Shown here: piece after piece, positions 25,272 through 35,227 of the stretch
Numbering within the stretch: position 1 is the first letter of the stretch
Layout: every line of letters begins with the position of its first letter
NCBI GenBank assembly: GCA_964429815.1
Contig: CAYSCM010000003.1
Coordinates: 1 to 64,000 of the forward strand
DNA from: an uncultured Candidatus Saccharibacteria bacterium
GTDB lineage: Bacteria; Patescibacteriota; Minisyncoccia; Phycocordibacterales; CAYSCM01
DNA length: 64,000 nt
Reading direction: 5' to 3'
Notes under the pieces: model-generated
Told to the model about the DNA's origin: nothing
The model's input: the letters and a program-made list of their open reading frames with translations, nothing else
Databases searched by the model: none
Position numbers and translations under genes: made by a program

Positions 25272-26576
25272 ATGAAGGCGAAGCGGAAACTCCCTGAGGG
25301 CATCGATTTTGTACAGCAGAAGGGCGGTGTCCGCGAATACCGGCTCGTCAGCAATGATTTGCGCATTCTCCACCGGGAAGAGAAAACAGCCCCTGTCGTC
25401 ATGGTGATGGTTACGTTTCATGTGGGTTCCCGCAACGAGGCGGCTGGCCATACCGGCGCGACCCATATCCTTGAGCATCTCCTTTTTAAGGGCTCAAAAA
25501 AGTTCAACAGAAAGAACGGAAAGCTTTCCGATATATTGCTCTCGCGTATTGGCGCAAAACTAAACGCGACGACCTGGATGGACCGCACCAACTACTGGGA
25601 GGTCGTGGCAAAAGAGCATGCTGATCTCGCGCTTGCGATAGAGGCCGATCGCCTGCGCGGGGCTCTCTTTTCGGCGGATGATCTTAAATCCGAAATGACC
25701 GTGGTGCGCAATGAGTTCGAGCGCGGCAAGAACGATCCAATGCAAATCCTTGATGAAGAGCTTTGGGCGACCGCTTTTCATGCCCATCCATACCATCATC
25801 CAACGATTGGTTGGAAAAGCGACATCGAAAATGTTCCTGTGGGGCGGCTACGTGAGTTCTACGACACGTTCTATTGGCCCAACAATGCGACGCTTACGCT
25901 TTTGGGAGATATAAGCGAAGACAGGGCCCTCCGGCTGAGCAAAAAATATTTTGGCAGCATACCAAAGGCGCCCCATAACATTCCGCAGGTATATACGGTC
26001 GAGCCACCTCAGGAAGGACCGCGGTTCGTGGAGATAAGGCGAGAAGGGCAGACGACGAATCTCATAGGGATTGCGCACAAAATCCCCAAAGGCTTGAGCG
26101 CCGACACTTATCCACTCCAAGTGCTCTCGAAAATACTCGCAGGCGGAAAAGGAAGTCGTTTGTACAAGATGCTTGTCGATAAAGGTCTCGCGTCGGAGGT
26201 TTTTGTATTTGATTTTGCTTTTCACGATCCCGGGCTCTACATAACCTACGCGTACCTCACGCGCGGCGCGAAGCACGAAGATGCGCAGCGGATCATCGAA
26301 AAGGAATTTGAAGCGATCGCCAAAGCTGGTCCGACTAACACAGAAGTTGAGCGAGCGAAGCAACAGCTATTGGTGGAGCTTTCATTTCTCCGCGATGGTA
26401 TTTACCAGGAGGGTAGCGTGCTTAACGAAGCGATAGCGATGGGCGACTGGACATTTTTCGCCACTTTTTTTAATCAGGTGAAGAGTGTGACCCGAGGGAA
26501 GGTACAAAGGGCCGCCGCAAAATATCTGGTTGCGACCGCACAAACCACAGGGCATTTTATCGGAACAGGCGTATAG
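25272..26576 (+). CDS. peptidase M16 (insulinase/pitrilysin family), catalytic subunit
   Basis: Inverted zinc motif HxxEH (GATHILEHLLFKG) plus the downstream E...E region. Confidence 0.85.
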   Translation: MKAKRKLPEGIDFVQQKGGVREYRLVSNDLRILHREEKTAPVVMVMVTFHVGSRNEAAGHTGATHILEHLLFKGSKKFNRKNGKLSDILLSRIGAKLNATTWMDRTNYWEVVAKEHADLALAIEADRLRGALFSADDLKSEMTVVRNEFERGKNDPMQILDEELWATAFHAHPYHHPTIGWKSDIENVPVGRLREFYDTFYWPNNATLTLLGDISEDRALRLSKKYFGSIPKAPHNIPQVYTVEPPQEGPRFVEIRREGQTTNLIGIAHKIPKGLSADTYPLQVLSKILAGGKGSRLYKMLVDKGLASEVFVFDFAFHDPGLYITYAYLTRGAKHEDAQRIIEKEFEAIAKAGPTNTEVERAKQQLLVELSFLRDGIYQEGSVLNEAIAMGDWTFFATFFNQVKSVTRGKVQRAAAKYLVATAQTTGHFIGTGV

Positions 26577-26577
26577 C

Positions 26578-27855
26578 ATGAGAGCACTCCATCCAAAAAT
26601 CCATACGGTCAAAATCGGAAAAGGCGTGAAGCTCTTTGTCGCGCCTGGAGGCCTCACCGGCGTTACCTACACGCTGGGCAGCGTCGACCTTGGAGATGCG
26701 GTAAGCCCTCGCCAGTATGCTCTCTCGACCCTCGCGGCCATGCTCTTCGATGAGGGAACCAGACGTCGAAGCAAAAAAGAAATTCATGATTTCCTGGACG
26801 ATCGAGGTGCCCGGATCGATTTCAGCCGCGAAGGACGCCACCTCGTCTTCTCCGTGCGAGCGCTTCGCAAAAACATCCCGGAACTTTACGTTCTCGTGGG
26901 CGAGATGCTACGTGAGCCGCTTTTCGCGAAGGCAGAATTTGAGATTGCTAAAAAACGGTTCATGACGGTACTGCATCAGGATAAAGAGAACACCGGAAGT
27001 ATGGCGAGGATCGCATTTTGGAAATCGGTGTATCCAAAAACGCATCCGAATTTCGCCTACTTTCCTGAAGAAATGCTTGCGGTGGTCAGATCGCTAACGC
27101 GGAAAGATCTCGTCGCATTTTGGCAGCACGCAGTCGGCACCGGGGAGCTTCTCCTTGTGTGCGTTGGCGACACAACGGTGCATGGTGCGGCCTCTGCTGC
27201 GACGAAAGCGTTCCATTTTTGGCAAGGTTTGCGCCTTGATGAGTTCAAAACAGATTCGGCGTTCGAAGCGCGCCCTCAAACAAAAGAAGTGGAGTTACTG
27301 CACAAGACAAGTATCGATATAATCCTTGGTTCACGGCTCGGCATCCGGAGATCCCATAAAGATTTTTATACTCTCGCGGTCCTCATGGGTGCGCTCGGAT
27401 CGGATTTTTCCGCCCGTCTGTTCCAGGAAGTTCGCGAAAAACGCGGCTTAACCTACGGTATATATGCGACCCTTGGCGGTTTCGTAGACAACGTGGATGG
27501 ACATTGGAACATCTGGGCAACATTTGCGCCGTCGCTTCTTAACAAAGGTCGGAAAGCGATCGCGGACGTTCTTAACGAGCTCGTGACGAAAGGGCTTACC
27601 CCGAAAGAAGTCCGCGAAGCCAAACAAAAGATGATCGGGCGTTACCTTATTGATTTGGCGGTTCCCACTAAGTTCGCGCACGCGATTCTCTCGCTTCTCC
27701 ACAACGAGGGGCATGACCTGTCACAGTTAAGCGCATGGAGAGACAAGATTCAGAGTGTGACGAATGTCGACGTTGCTCGAGCGATCAAAAAATACATTCA
27801 TCCCGACAAACTCTCAGTTGCAATGGCGGGCACGTTCCCGAAGCGGAAAAAATAG
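26578..27855 (+). CDS. peptidase M16 family, non-catalytic partner
   Basis: Adjacent paralogous M16-fold ORF lacking HxxEH. Start at MRALHPK (the track ORF 26530.. is an upstream extension). Confidence 0.75.
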   Translation: MRALHPKIHTVKIGKGVKLFVAPGGLTGVTYTLGSVDLGDAVSPRQYALSTLAAMLFDEGTRRRSKKEIHDFLDDRGARIDFSREGRHLVFSVRALRKNIPELYVLVGEMLREPLFAKAEFEIAKKRFMTVLHQDKENTGSMARIAFWKSVYPKTHPNFAYFPEEMLAVVRSLTRKDLVAFWQHAVGTGELLLVCVGDTTVHGAASAATKAFHFWQGLRLDEFKTDSAFEARPQTKEVELLHKTSIDIILGSRLGIRRSHKDFYTLAVLMGALGSDFSARLFQEVREKRGLTYGIYATLGGFVDNVDGHWNIWATFAPSLLNKGRKAIADVLNELVTKGLTPKEVREAKQKMIGRYLIDLAVPTKFAHAILSLLHNEGHDLSQLSAWRDKIQSVTNVDVARAIKKYIHPDKLSVAMAGTFPKRKK

Positions 27856-27870
27856 CGTACTATCGAGCGT

Positions 27871-29724
27871 ATGACGATTTCCGAGGTACGAAGCAGATAC
27901 CTCGAGTTTTTCAAAAGGCGGGGGCATACGGTGATCCCGTCGGCTTCGTTGCGCCCGGAAAACGATTCGACGACCCTCTTTACGGGCTCTGGTATGCAAC
28001 CGCTCTTGCCGTATCTTCTGGGATCTCCGCACCCACAAGGGAAGCGTCTTGTCGACTCTCAAAAATGCTTTCGCTCGATGGACATCGAGGAAGTCGGAGA
28101 CAATCGTCACACAACATTTTTTGAAATGCTTGGCAATTGGTCGCTCGGCGATTATTTCAAACAAGAGCAAATTCCGTGGTTCTTTGAATTTCTTACTGAA
28201 GAAATCCGGCTTGATCCAAAAAATCTTTACGTGACAGTTTTTGCTGGTGACGAGAAAAACAACATTCCCCGTGATGATGAGGCAATGGGGATTTGGAAAA
28301 AGTTGTTCAAAGGGAAGGGAATCGAGGCAAAGGATGTCGTTATAGGCGCTGAGATCAACGGGTATGAAAAGGGAATGCAGGGCGGGCGCATTTTCTACTA
28401 TGACGCGAAGAAAAACTGGTGGAGCCGCTCCGGAGTGCCGGAGAACATGCCCGCAGGTGAGCCGGGGGGCCCAGATTCAGAAGTTTTTTATGACTTTGGA
28501 GGGCTACACAACGAAAAATTTGGGAAACATTGCCATCCTAACTGCGATTGCGGACGGTTTCTCGAGATAGGGAACTCGGTCTTTATGGAGTACTTAAAAA
28601 ATCTTGACGGCACGTTCAGCAAACTTCCCCAGAAAAACGTCGACTTCGGCGGCGGGCTCGAACGCATAGCCGCTGTCTCCCAGAACGAACCGGATGTTTT
28701 CAAGGCAGGATATGCAGAGATCCTAAAATCCGTCGCGCTTCTATCGGATAGAGCATACGAAGGGCACCAACGCCAGTTCCGCATCATTGCAGATCATCTG
28801 AAAGCAGCAGTTTTCCTCATTGCGACAGGCGTGCTGCCAAGCAACGCTGAGGCCGGATATGTTGTGAGACGACTTTTGCGTCGTGCGATACGCTACGCGG
28901 ACCAGCTGGGAGTTGCTGTTAACAGTCTGCATCGTCTTGTCGTTAGCATTACAACGCAATATGCCAAAATTTACCCTGAGCTCCAGCAGGAGGGGCGGGT
29001 TATAGAGGAAGTCATCCAGAAAGAAGAACGACAGTTTCGCGCAACCCTCGGGCTCGGAATGCGAATGTTCGACAAACTGAAGGGAAAAAAAATTTCAGGC
29101 CCCGACGCGTTCAAGCTGTTTTCCACGTATGGATTCCCACTCGAGCTGACCACGGAAGTCGCCCGGGAACGAGGCCTAGACGTTGATGAGGACAGCTTCC
29201 GCGTTGAAATGAAAAAGCACCAAGATTTCTCTCGAGCCCGCTCCGAACAGAAATTTAGAGGAGGTCTTGCGGACCACTCCGAAATGTCGGTGAGATACCA
29301 TACTGCTACCCACCTCTTGCACCAGGCGCTACGTGATGTTTTGGGACACGGAGCTCTCCAAAAGGGAAGTAATATCACTCCTGAGCGGCTTCGGTTTGAC
29401 TTTGCCTATCCGCGGAAAATGACTGATGAGGAAAAAAGGAAAGTTGAGGATATCGTGAACGCTCGTATTGCTGAAGCACTTCCCGTTTCTTACGAGGATA
29501 TTCCGTTGGAAGAGGCACAAAAGCGAGGTGCGATCGGTCTTTTTGAAGAAAAGTACGCAGACAAGGTGCGGGTCTATAAAGTGGGCAAGTATTCGCTTGA
29601 GTTTTGTGGGGGGCCGCATGTGACGAACACCGCGAAGCTTAGCGTCGACGGTAAAAGGTTTCGCATCGAGAAAGAGGAGGCGATATCCGCAGGAGTGCGG
29701 CGTATCAGAGCTGTGTTTGCGTAA
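27871..29724 (+). CDS. alaS: alanyl-tRNA synthetase, short form lacking C-Ala domain
   Basis: Class II catalytic core (FTGSGMQP, GNWSLGDYFK), tRNA-recognition and editing domain (HTATHLLHQALRDVLG...CGGPHV), 617 aa. It ends about 250 aa earlier than canonical bacterial AlaRS. Confidence 0.9.
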   Translation: MTISEVRSRYLEFFKRRGHTVIPSASLRPENDSTTLFTGSGMQPLLPYLLGSPHPQGKRLVDSQKCFRSMDIEEVGDNRHTTFFEMLGNWSLGDYFKQEQIPWFFEFLTEEIRLDPKNLYVTVFAGDEKNNIPRDDEAMGIWKKLFKGKGIEAKDVVIGAEINGYEKGMQGGRIFYYDAKKNWWSRSGVPENMPAGEPGGPDSEVFYDFGGLHNEKFGKHCHPNCDCGRFLEIGNSVFMEYLKNLDGTFSKLPQKNVDFGGGLERIAAVSQNEPDVFKAGYAEILKSVALLSDRAYEGHQRQFRIIADHLKAAVFLIATGVLPSNAEAGYVVRRLLRRAIRYADQLGVAVNSLHRLVVSITTQYAKIYPELQQEGRVIEEVIQKEERQFRATLGLGMRMFDKLKGKKISGPDAFKLFSTYGFPLELTTEVARERGLDVDEDSFRVEMKKHQDFSRARSEQKFRGGLADHSEMSVRYHTATHLLHQALRDVLGHGALQKGSNITPERLRFDFAYPRKMTDEEKRKVEDIVNARIAEALPVSYEDIPLEEAQKRGAIGLFEEKYADKVRVYKVGKYSLEFCGGPHVTNTAKLSVDGKRFRIEKEEAISAGVRRIRAVFA

Positions 29725-29744
29725 GTACAGGCTATACTTAGCGT

Positions 29745-30950
29745 ATGAGCTTGTTATCCCCGCTGCGAAAAGCTGTCAGTGGAGGTCCGGTCGCGCTCCT
29801 TGAGATAGGGAGCGGCTCCGTTGGAGCTCTTTATTTCACGCGCGGGGATGACGCAAAACACGTTCCTAGGTCAGTTTTTTTCGCGAAGCGCTACCCCATG
29901 CCGCTCCAAGAGAGCCTCGATTTTCGACGCTTCGCCAAGGCGATGGAGGATTCTCTCAACGCTGCGACCAAGGAACTCTCCGAAAGCCCCGCGATCAAGA
30001 AAAATGGGCGTCCGCATGAAGTGCACGTCGTATTCGGCGCTCCCTGGTACCTGTCGCGCTCAAAAGTGACCTCGATGGGTCAACCACGTCCGTTTATGGT
30101 CACCGATTCCATGCTCGCCGCCGTCAATAAGGCAGCTGTCGACGACTTTTTAGCCTCCGGCGAGGTAACGACCGGGGAGCAAATCGAGCATGCACCAAAG
30201 CTTGTTGAGCATATGCCGGTCCAAGTGCTTCTCAATGGATACCCCACTTCCCGGCCTGCAGGGAAAAGAGTCACGACGTTTTCGGTCGCGATGTTTGAAA
30301 GCGTCGTATCGTCGAGAGTATTTCAGACCGTCTCCACCGTCGTCTATCACGCGCTTGGGCGCACCCCCTTGTTCCACAGCGCGTCGCTTGCGTACTACAA
30401 AACCATCGGGAGCATTTTCACGGAACCAGACAACTACCTTATTGCCACAGTCGAACAGGAGGTGACCGAGGTATCGCTTGTCGAGGGTGATGTCCTCCGC
30501 GAGACGGTATCTTCCCCCCTTGGTACCAATCATCTTTTGCGTGCGCTCACGACGGAGCGCAAGACTGTCCCGGAGGAGGCATTATCCTTGTACCTCCTAG
30601 CTACTTCGATGCAAGCTCGCTCAGGAGAGGATAAAACGCTTGAAGCGCATCTCGAAAAAGCTCGCGTTAAAGCACTCTCATCGTTCGCCCAAACATGTAA
30701 TACGCTTGCAAATCTGAAACCCTTGCCGTCGAAACTCTATCTCCTTGCCGAGCCGCAGTTCGGTGCCTGGTTCGCACAGGTGTTCGCGGACAGCAGCTGC
30801 GCACAGTACACCAGTCTCGGTGATCCGTTCCAGGTCGCGCTTTTGACGAAGGATGCCATTGCGAACGCGGTCGGCGCGGAGATAAACCAGTTTCCCGATG
30901 CGCAACTAGGACTTGAAGCGCTCTACGTATCCCGCTTTGGCGCTCAGTAA
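29745..30950 (+). CDS. hypothetical protein, possibly actin-like ATPase fold (PilM/FtsA-like)
   Basis: N-terminal LLEIGSGSVGALYF resembles the phosphate-1 loop of the actin/HSP70 superfamily. The rest is only loosely similar. Confidence 0.4.
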   Translation: MSLLSPLRKAVSGGPVALLEIGSGSVGALYFTRGDDAKHVPRSVFFAKRYPMPLQESLDFRRFAKAMEDSLNAATKELSESPAIKKNGRPHEVHVVFGAPWYLSRSKVTSMGQPRPFMVTDSMLAAVNKAAVDDFLASGEVTTGEQIEHAPKLVEHMPVQVLLNGYPTSRPAGKRVTTFSVAMFESVVSSRVFQTVSTVVYHALGRTPLFHSASLAYYKTIGSIFTEPDNYLIATVEQEVTEVSLVEGDVLRETVSSPLGTNHLLRALTTERKTVPEEALSLYLLATSMQARSGEDKTLEAHLEKARVKALSSFAQTCNTLANLKPLPSKLYLLAEPQFGAWFAQVFADSSCAQYTSLGDPFQVALLTKDAIANAVGAEINQFPDAQLGLEALYVSRFGAQ

Positions 30951-30994
30951 TCCACTTTTTATCTTGGATTACGGCGCGCTATACTGAAACTGAT

Positions 30995-32314
30995 ATGGCA
31001 AAACAGCCGCTTCAGGATATTCTTCCGCCACGCCGACCACGCAAACGCCTCGCCGAGGTAATGCAGACAATAAGTCCCCAGACATCGCGTCCCTCGCCAC
31101 CCCCACCCCCTCTGCCTCCCCCTCCAACGCAGCCGCAATCAATGGTGTCGGAAACACCACCCGAACCTTCTGGACGTCGATTGGTGCCGAGCGCGAGGGT
31201 GCTCATTGCAGGGGGGGTCGGTCTTATTCTTCTCACCATTGGATTTTCTTACCTATTCGGTGGTGCGACGGTGCGCGTCTCTGCCCACGTACAGCCGGTC
31301 AAAGTGGACGCACTTTCGTTTCAGGCAAAGAAGGACGCCTCCACTGGCCTCTCGTTCGAGGTCGAGACTGTCGAGCGTAGCGGAGTCCGACAGGTCACGC
31401 CGACGGGGGAGGAAAATGTTTCGATAAAAGCGACCGGGCGTATCGTCGTATACAACAATTATGCAACCCAAGGTCAGCGCCTTATCAAAAATACGCGATT
31501 CGAGACCGGAAGCGGCCTCATCTACCGCATCCCGGAATCGATAACGGTCCCAGGAATCCACAAAGAGAATGGGCAAAACGTTCCTGGATCCATCGAGGTG
31601 GACGTCGTAGCCGATCAGCCCGGGGATCCGTATAACATCAGTCTCTCGGATTTCACTATCCCCGGTTTTAAAGGAACCCCGCAGTACGACAAGTTTTATG
31701 CACGCAGCAAAACACCCATAACTGGAGGCTTTGTCGGCAAACGCCCTGTCGTTCCAACAGCCGACCTTGTTCAAATACGCACCGATCTCGAGAAGGAATT
31801 GCGAGGACAGCTTCTGACGCAAGCTCAGGCGCAAAAACCTGCAGGATATCTTCTCTACGAAAGCGGAGCGACCGCCACTTTTGAGCTTCAGCCAACGACG
31901 GAAAGCAACGGTCAGGCAGTGGTGACCGAAAAAGCGACCCTTTCGGCAATCATTCTTCGAGCCGAAGCGTTCGCTTCGACGATCGCGAAGGGAACCGTCG
32001 CCCAGTATGAGGACGAGCCGGTCCAGCTTGACAATCCAGAAGAGCTGACGGTCGTTTTTACCGGAGCAAGCAATCCCCTGGAGGAGTCTGTCACAGGCAC
32101 CATCTCGGGCAATGCACGTATTCGCTACACCTTTGACCCAGCGGCCCTCCAACAAAATCTCGCCGGGAAAGCCAAAGAGGCCCTCAGCACGTTGGTAAAC
32201 AACGACCCAGCCTTTAAAAATGCGATATCCAAGGCGACTGTCTCCATACGGCCTTTTTGGAAGGGACACTTTCCGGTAAACCCCAAGGGCATACGCATCA
32301 TAACGGAGAATTAG
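30995..32314 (+). CDS. proline-rich single-pass membrane protein (hypothetical)
   Basis: N-terminal PPPPPLPPPPTQP tract, one TM (LIAGGVGLILLTIGFSYLF), 330-aa extracytoplasmic domain. Confidence 0.5.
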   Translation: MAKQPLQDILPPRRPRKRLAEVMQTISPQTSRPSPPPPPLPPPPTQPQSMVSETPPEPSGRRLVPSARVLIAGGVGLILLTIGFSYLFGGATVRVSAHVQPVKVDALSFQAKKDASTGLSFEVETVERSGVRQVTPTGEENVSIKATGRIVVYNNYATQGQRLIKNTRFETGSGLIYRIPESITVPGIHKENGQNVPGSIEVDVVADQPGDPYNISLSDFTIPGFKGTPQYDKFYARSKTPITGGFVGKRPVVPTADLVQIRTDLEKELRGQLLTQAQAQKPAGYLLYESGATATFELQPTTESNGQAVVTEKATLSAIILRAEAFASTIAKGTVAQYEDEPVQLDNPEELTVVFTGASNPLEESVTGTISGNARIRYTFDPAALQQNLAGKAKEALSTLVNNDPAFKNAISKATVSIRPFWKGHFPVNPKGIRIITEN

Positions 32315-32361
32315 CCGCCGACACTGCAATGTTTGACGAAAATAGGAGGTCCTGATACAGT

Positions 32362-32598
32362 GTGGTCTATTCGCAAAGGATGGACGCTGATAAGAAGTTA
32401 CAGCCTGAAGTAGAAGGGCAGGTCGTTGAGGCTCTGCCCAATACGCTGTTTCGGGTGCAACTCCAGGGCGGTGAGCTTCTGTTGGCCTATCTTGCGGGGA
32501 AGATGCGTATGAACCGTATACGTGTCCTCGTCGGCGATAAAGTGACGGTGCTTCTCGACCCCTACGGGGGGAAGGGACGTATTGTCCGTCGCCATTAA
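32362..32598 (+). CDS. infA: translation initiation factor IF-1
   Basis: S1-like fold matching IF-1 ([12 protein letters not shown]...[32 protein letters not shown]). GTG at 32362 follows AGGAGG; the ATG at 32380 gives the canonical 72 aa. Confidence 0.9.
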   Translation: MVYSQRMDADKKLQPEVEGQVVEALPNTLFRVQLQGGELLLAYLAGKMRMNRIRVLVGDKVTVLLDPYGGKGRIVRRH

Positions 32599-32654
32599 CC
32601 CGTCGCGTTTATACATAAAACTGCCCTGCGGTTTTCGTGCTGTTTGGAAAACAT

Positions 32655-32771
32655 ATGAAAGTACGAGCTTCGATCAAGAAACGATGCAACAATTGCCGTC
32701 TCGTAAAAAGACGCGGCAAGTGGTACGTCACGTGCACGAGCGAGGCTCGGCACAAGCAGCGCCAGGGATAG
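32655..32771 (+). CDS. rpmJ: 50S ribosomal protein L36
   Basis: 38-codon ORF missed by the 60-aa cutoff, [38 protein letters not shown]. Zinc-ribbon C-x2-C-x12-C-x4-H and canonical position between infA and rpsM. Confidence 0.85.
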   Translation: MKVRASIKKRCNNCRLVKRRGKWYVTCTSEARHKQRQG

Positions 32772-32798
32772 ACCACAAGCATAATCGATTGAGTCACG

Positions 32799-33182
32799 AT
32801 GCGTATTGCAGGTATCACTATTCCCGATAACAAGAGAATGCCGTTTGCCCTCACGGCGGTTTATGGCATTGGCCGAAGCCGAGCACTGAGCGTCCTTCGA
32901 CAAGCGAACATTGATGGTGTGAAAAAAGCCAAAGACCTTTCTGCCGATGAGGAGAACCGTATCCGCAAGATCATAGAGGATTCTTTCAAAATAGAGGGCG
33001 AGCTCAAGCGAGAAATCTCCGGAAACATCAAGCGGCTTAAGGATATCAAGGCCTACCGTGGGGTGCGCCACAGCCGTCGCCTGCCGGTCCGTGGTCAGCG
33101 GACGAAGACCAACTCGCGCACAGTCCGCGGTAACGTCCGCAAAACGATGGCTAGTGGCCGTCGCACCGTTGAGAAAACATAA
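32799..33182 (+). CDS. rpsM: 30S ribosomal protein S13
   Basis: MRIAGITIPDNKR...YGIG...GVRHSRRLPVRGQRTKTN, 127 aa. Confidence 0.95.
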   Translation: MRIAGITIPDNKRMPFALTAVYGIGRSRALSVLRQANIDGVKKAKDLSADEENRIRKIIEDSFKIEGELKREISGNIKRLKDIKAYRGVRHSRRLPVRGQRTKTNSRTVRGNVRKTMASGRRTVEKT

Positions 33183-33189
33183 CGTTACT

Positions 33190-33624
33190 ATGGGAAAAAA
33201 GCGCGTAGCACGAAAAGCGGGCGGGGAAGTCGATGCAGGCAAAAAGTCGCGAGCTCTTTCGCGTGGGTCCCGAAAAAAGATAGATGCCGGTATTCTCAAT
33301 ATCGAAGCGACCTACAACAACACGAAGGTCCTCCTCGCCGACAAGGCTGGTAATACTGTGATGTGGTCTACCTCGGGCGCTCTTGGGTTTAAGGGTGCGA
33401 AAAAAGGTACGCCGTTCGCGGCCGCCAAGGTCGGCGAGCTCATCGGGGAGAAAGCGGCCGCACTTGGGGTCAAAGAAGTCGACGTTGTCATCAAGGGGGT
33501 CGGCGCGGGCCGCGAATCCGCTATGCGCGCGTTCGTCGGGAAAGGCATTAACGTGGGGTCCATTCAGGACCGTACCCCTGTTCCGCACAACGGCCCCAAA
33601 CCTCCTAAGCCACGCCGCGTCTAA
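33190..33624 (+). CDS. rpsK: 30S ribosomal protein S11
   Basis: Start MGKKRVARK. Conserved GALGFKGAKKGTPFAA and VKGVGAGRESA. The track ORF 33058.. is an upstream extension. Confidence 0.95.
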   Translation: MGKKRVARKAGGEVDAGKKSRALSRGSRKKIDAGILNIEATYNNTKVLLADKAGNTVMWSTSGALGFKGAKKGTPFAAAKVGELIGEKAAALGVKEVDVVIKGVGAGRESAMRAFVGKGINVGSIQDRTPVPHNGPKPPKPRRV

Positions 33625-33625
33625 C

Positions 33626-34240
33626 ATGAAAATAGGACCACGATATAAAATCGCAAAACGATTGGGGGCCGGCGTCTTCGAGAAGACTCAAACCCAGAAA
33701 TTCGCGCTCTCAGCCGAGCGCCGAGCGCGTTCGCGCGGCGGCAAGCACCCGCGCAGTTTCACCGACTATGGCCGCCAGCTCATCGAGAAGCAGAAAGTCC
33801 GCTTCACCTATGGCATCACCGAGGGTCAGCTTGCCCGCTACGTTAACACGGCCGCGCAGAAGCGTGGCGCAGAAACCATTGCCGAGCTTCATCGTACGCT
33901 CGAGCGGCGCCTCGACAACGTTGTTTATCGCATGGGTATCGCACCGACCCGCCGAGGCGCTCGTCAGATGGTCGCTCACGGTCACATTCAGGTGGCGGGG
34001 AAGCGCGTGACGATCCCCTCCTACCAGGTCTCGCAAGGGGAGATCGTTTCCGTTCGCAAGGGAAGTCAGTCGTCGCCGCTTTTCGTCGCCCATGCGGAAC
34101 GCATGGCGCAGGTGCAGGCGCCAAACTGGCTTACGTTTGACGCAGGGAAACTTGAAGGCGCAGTGGTGGGCGAGCCTGTCTATGAGGCCGGCACCAGCAA
34201 TCTCGACTACGCCTCGGTAATGGAATTCTATAGCCGTTAA
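33626..34240 (+). CDS. rpsD: 30S ribosomal protein S4
   Basis: Start MKIGPRYKIAKRLG. S4 domain (RLDNVVYRMG...ARQMVAHGHIQVAGKRV). Confidence 0.95.
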   Translation: MKIGPRYKIAKRLGAGVFEKTQTQKFALSAERRARSRGGKHPRSFTDYGRQLIEKQKVRFTYGITEGQLARYVNTAAQKRGAETIAELHRTLERRLDNVVYRMGIAPTRRGARQMVAHGHIQVAGKRVTIPSYQVSQGEIVSVRKGSQSSPLFVAHAERMAQVQAPNWLTFDAGKLEGAVVGEPVYEAGTSNLDYASVMEFYSR

Positions 34241-34271
34241 TTTTTTATAAATTTATTCACTTTATTTTACT

Positions 34272-35222
34272 ATGGAATACAACGTTGCACTTCCCAGCAA
34301 GCCGCGCATCGTCGACGAATCGGGCTTTTCTGGCTCATACGAGATCGATGGGCTCTATCCCGGCTACGGCCATACGCTCGGCAATAGCCTTCGCCGCATC
34401 ATCTTATCGTCTCTCCCCGGGGCAGCTATAACCGCAGTAAAGATCGAAGGCGTACCGCACGAGTTTTCGACCATTGAAGGCGTTAAGGAAGACGTCATCA
34501 CGCTCCTCCTTAACCTAAAAAAGATCCGGATTTCGATGACGACGGACGACCCCCAGACCATTACGCTTAAGGTTAAGGGCCCCGTAAGGATCACCGCCGC
34601 CGATCTCACCGTGCCCGGCCAGGTCACTATTCTCAACCCGGCGCAACATCTCGCCGAGATAACTGGTAAGGCCGCGCTCGAACTCGAAGCAACCGTTGAA
34701 CGAGGCCTTGGCTACGTCGCGAAGGAGGTGCTTCGCAAAGAAAAGGTCGATATCGGTGCCATTTCCCTTGACGCCATCTTTACCCCTATCCGTCGCGTCA
34801 ATTACGAGGTGGAAAACATGCGCGTGGGCGACCGGACTGACTTCAATCGACTGAGGATCTTCATCGAGACCGACGGCACTATAACGCCAAAAGAAGCCCT
34901 TGAGAAATCAATCGAAATCATGATCAATCAACTTCGCTCCATCGTTGGCTTCAAGGAGGAGATCATCGAGTCCCCAGTCTCCGCCTCGGAGGAGATTATG
35001 AATGCCGACAAACCGGTCGATACCGAGTATCTAAAGACCCGCATTGAATCACTCGACCTCTCGGCGCGCACCGTGAACGCCCTCACGAATGCCAACATCC
35101 GCACCGTGGGCGGCCTTGCCCGCAAGCGCGAAGATGACATTCTCGAGATCGAAGGTATCGGCGAGAAAGGTCTCCAGGAAATACGCCGAGCACTTTCGAA
35201 TTTTGGAATCACCCTTAAGTAA
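34272..35222 (+). CDS. rpoA: DNA-directed RNA polymerase subunit alpha
   Basis: N-terminal dimerisation domain (GYGHTLGNSLRRILLSS) and C-terminal domain with helix-hairpin-helix (ARTVNALTNANIRTVGGL). Confidence 0.95.
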   Translation: MEYNVALPSKPRIVDESGFSGSYEIDGLYPGYGHTLGNSLRRIILSSLPGAAITAVKIEGVPHEFSTIEGVKEDVITLLLNLKKIRISMTTDDPQTITLKVKGPVRITAADLTVPGQVTILNPAQHLAEITGKAALELEATVERGLGYVAKEVLRKEKVDIGAISLDAIFTPIRRVNYEVENMRVGDRTDFNRLRIFIETDGTITPKEALEKSIEIMINQLRSIVGFKEEIIESPVSASEEIMNADKPVDTEYLKTRIESLDLSARTVNALTNANIRTVGGLARKREDDILEIEGIGEKGLQEIRRALSNFGITLK

Positions 35223-35227
35223 TCTTT

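Noticed and set aside
31253-32329. 358-aa - strand ORF
   Set aside because: Antisense shadow of the + strand proline-rich membrane protein. It is R-rich with no motifs and does not fit the + strand operon leading into infA.
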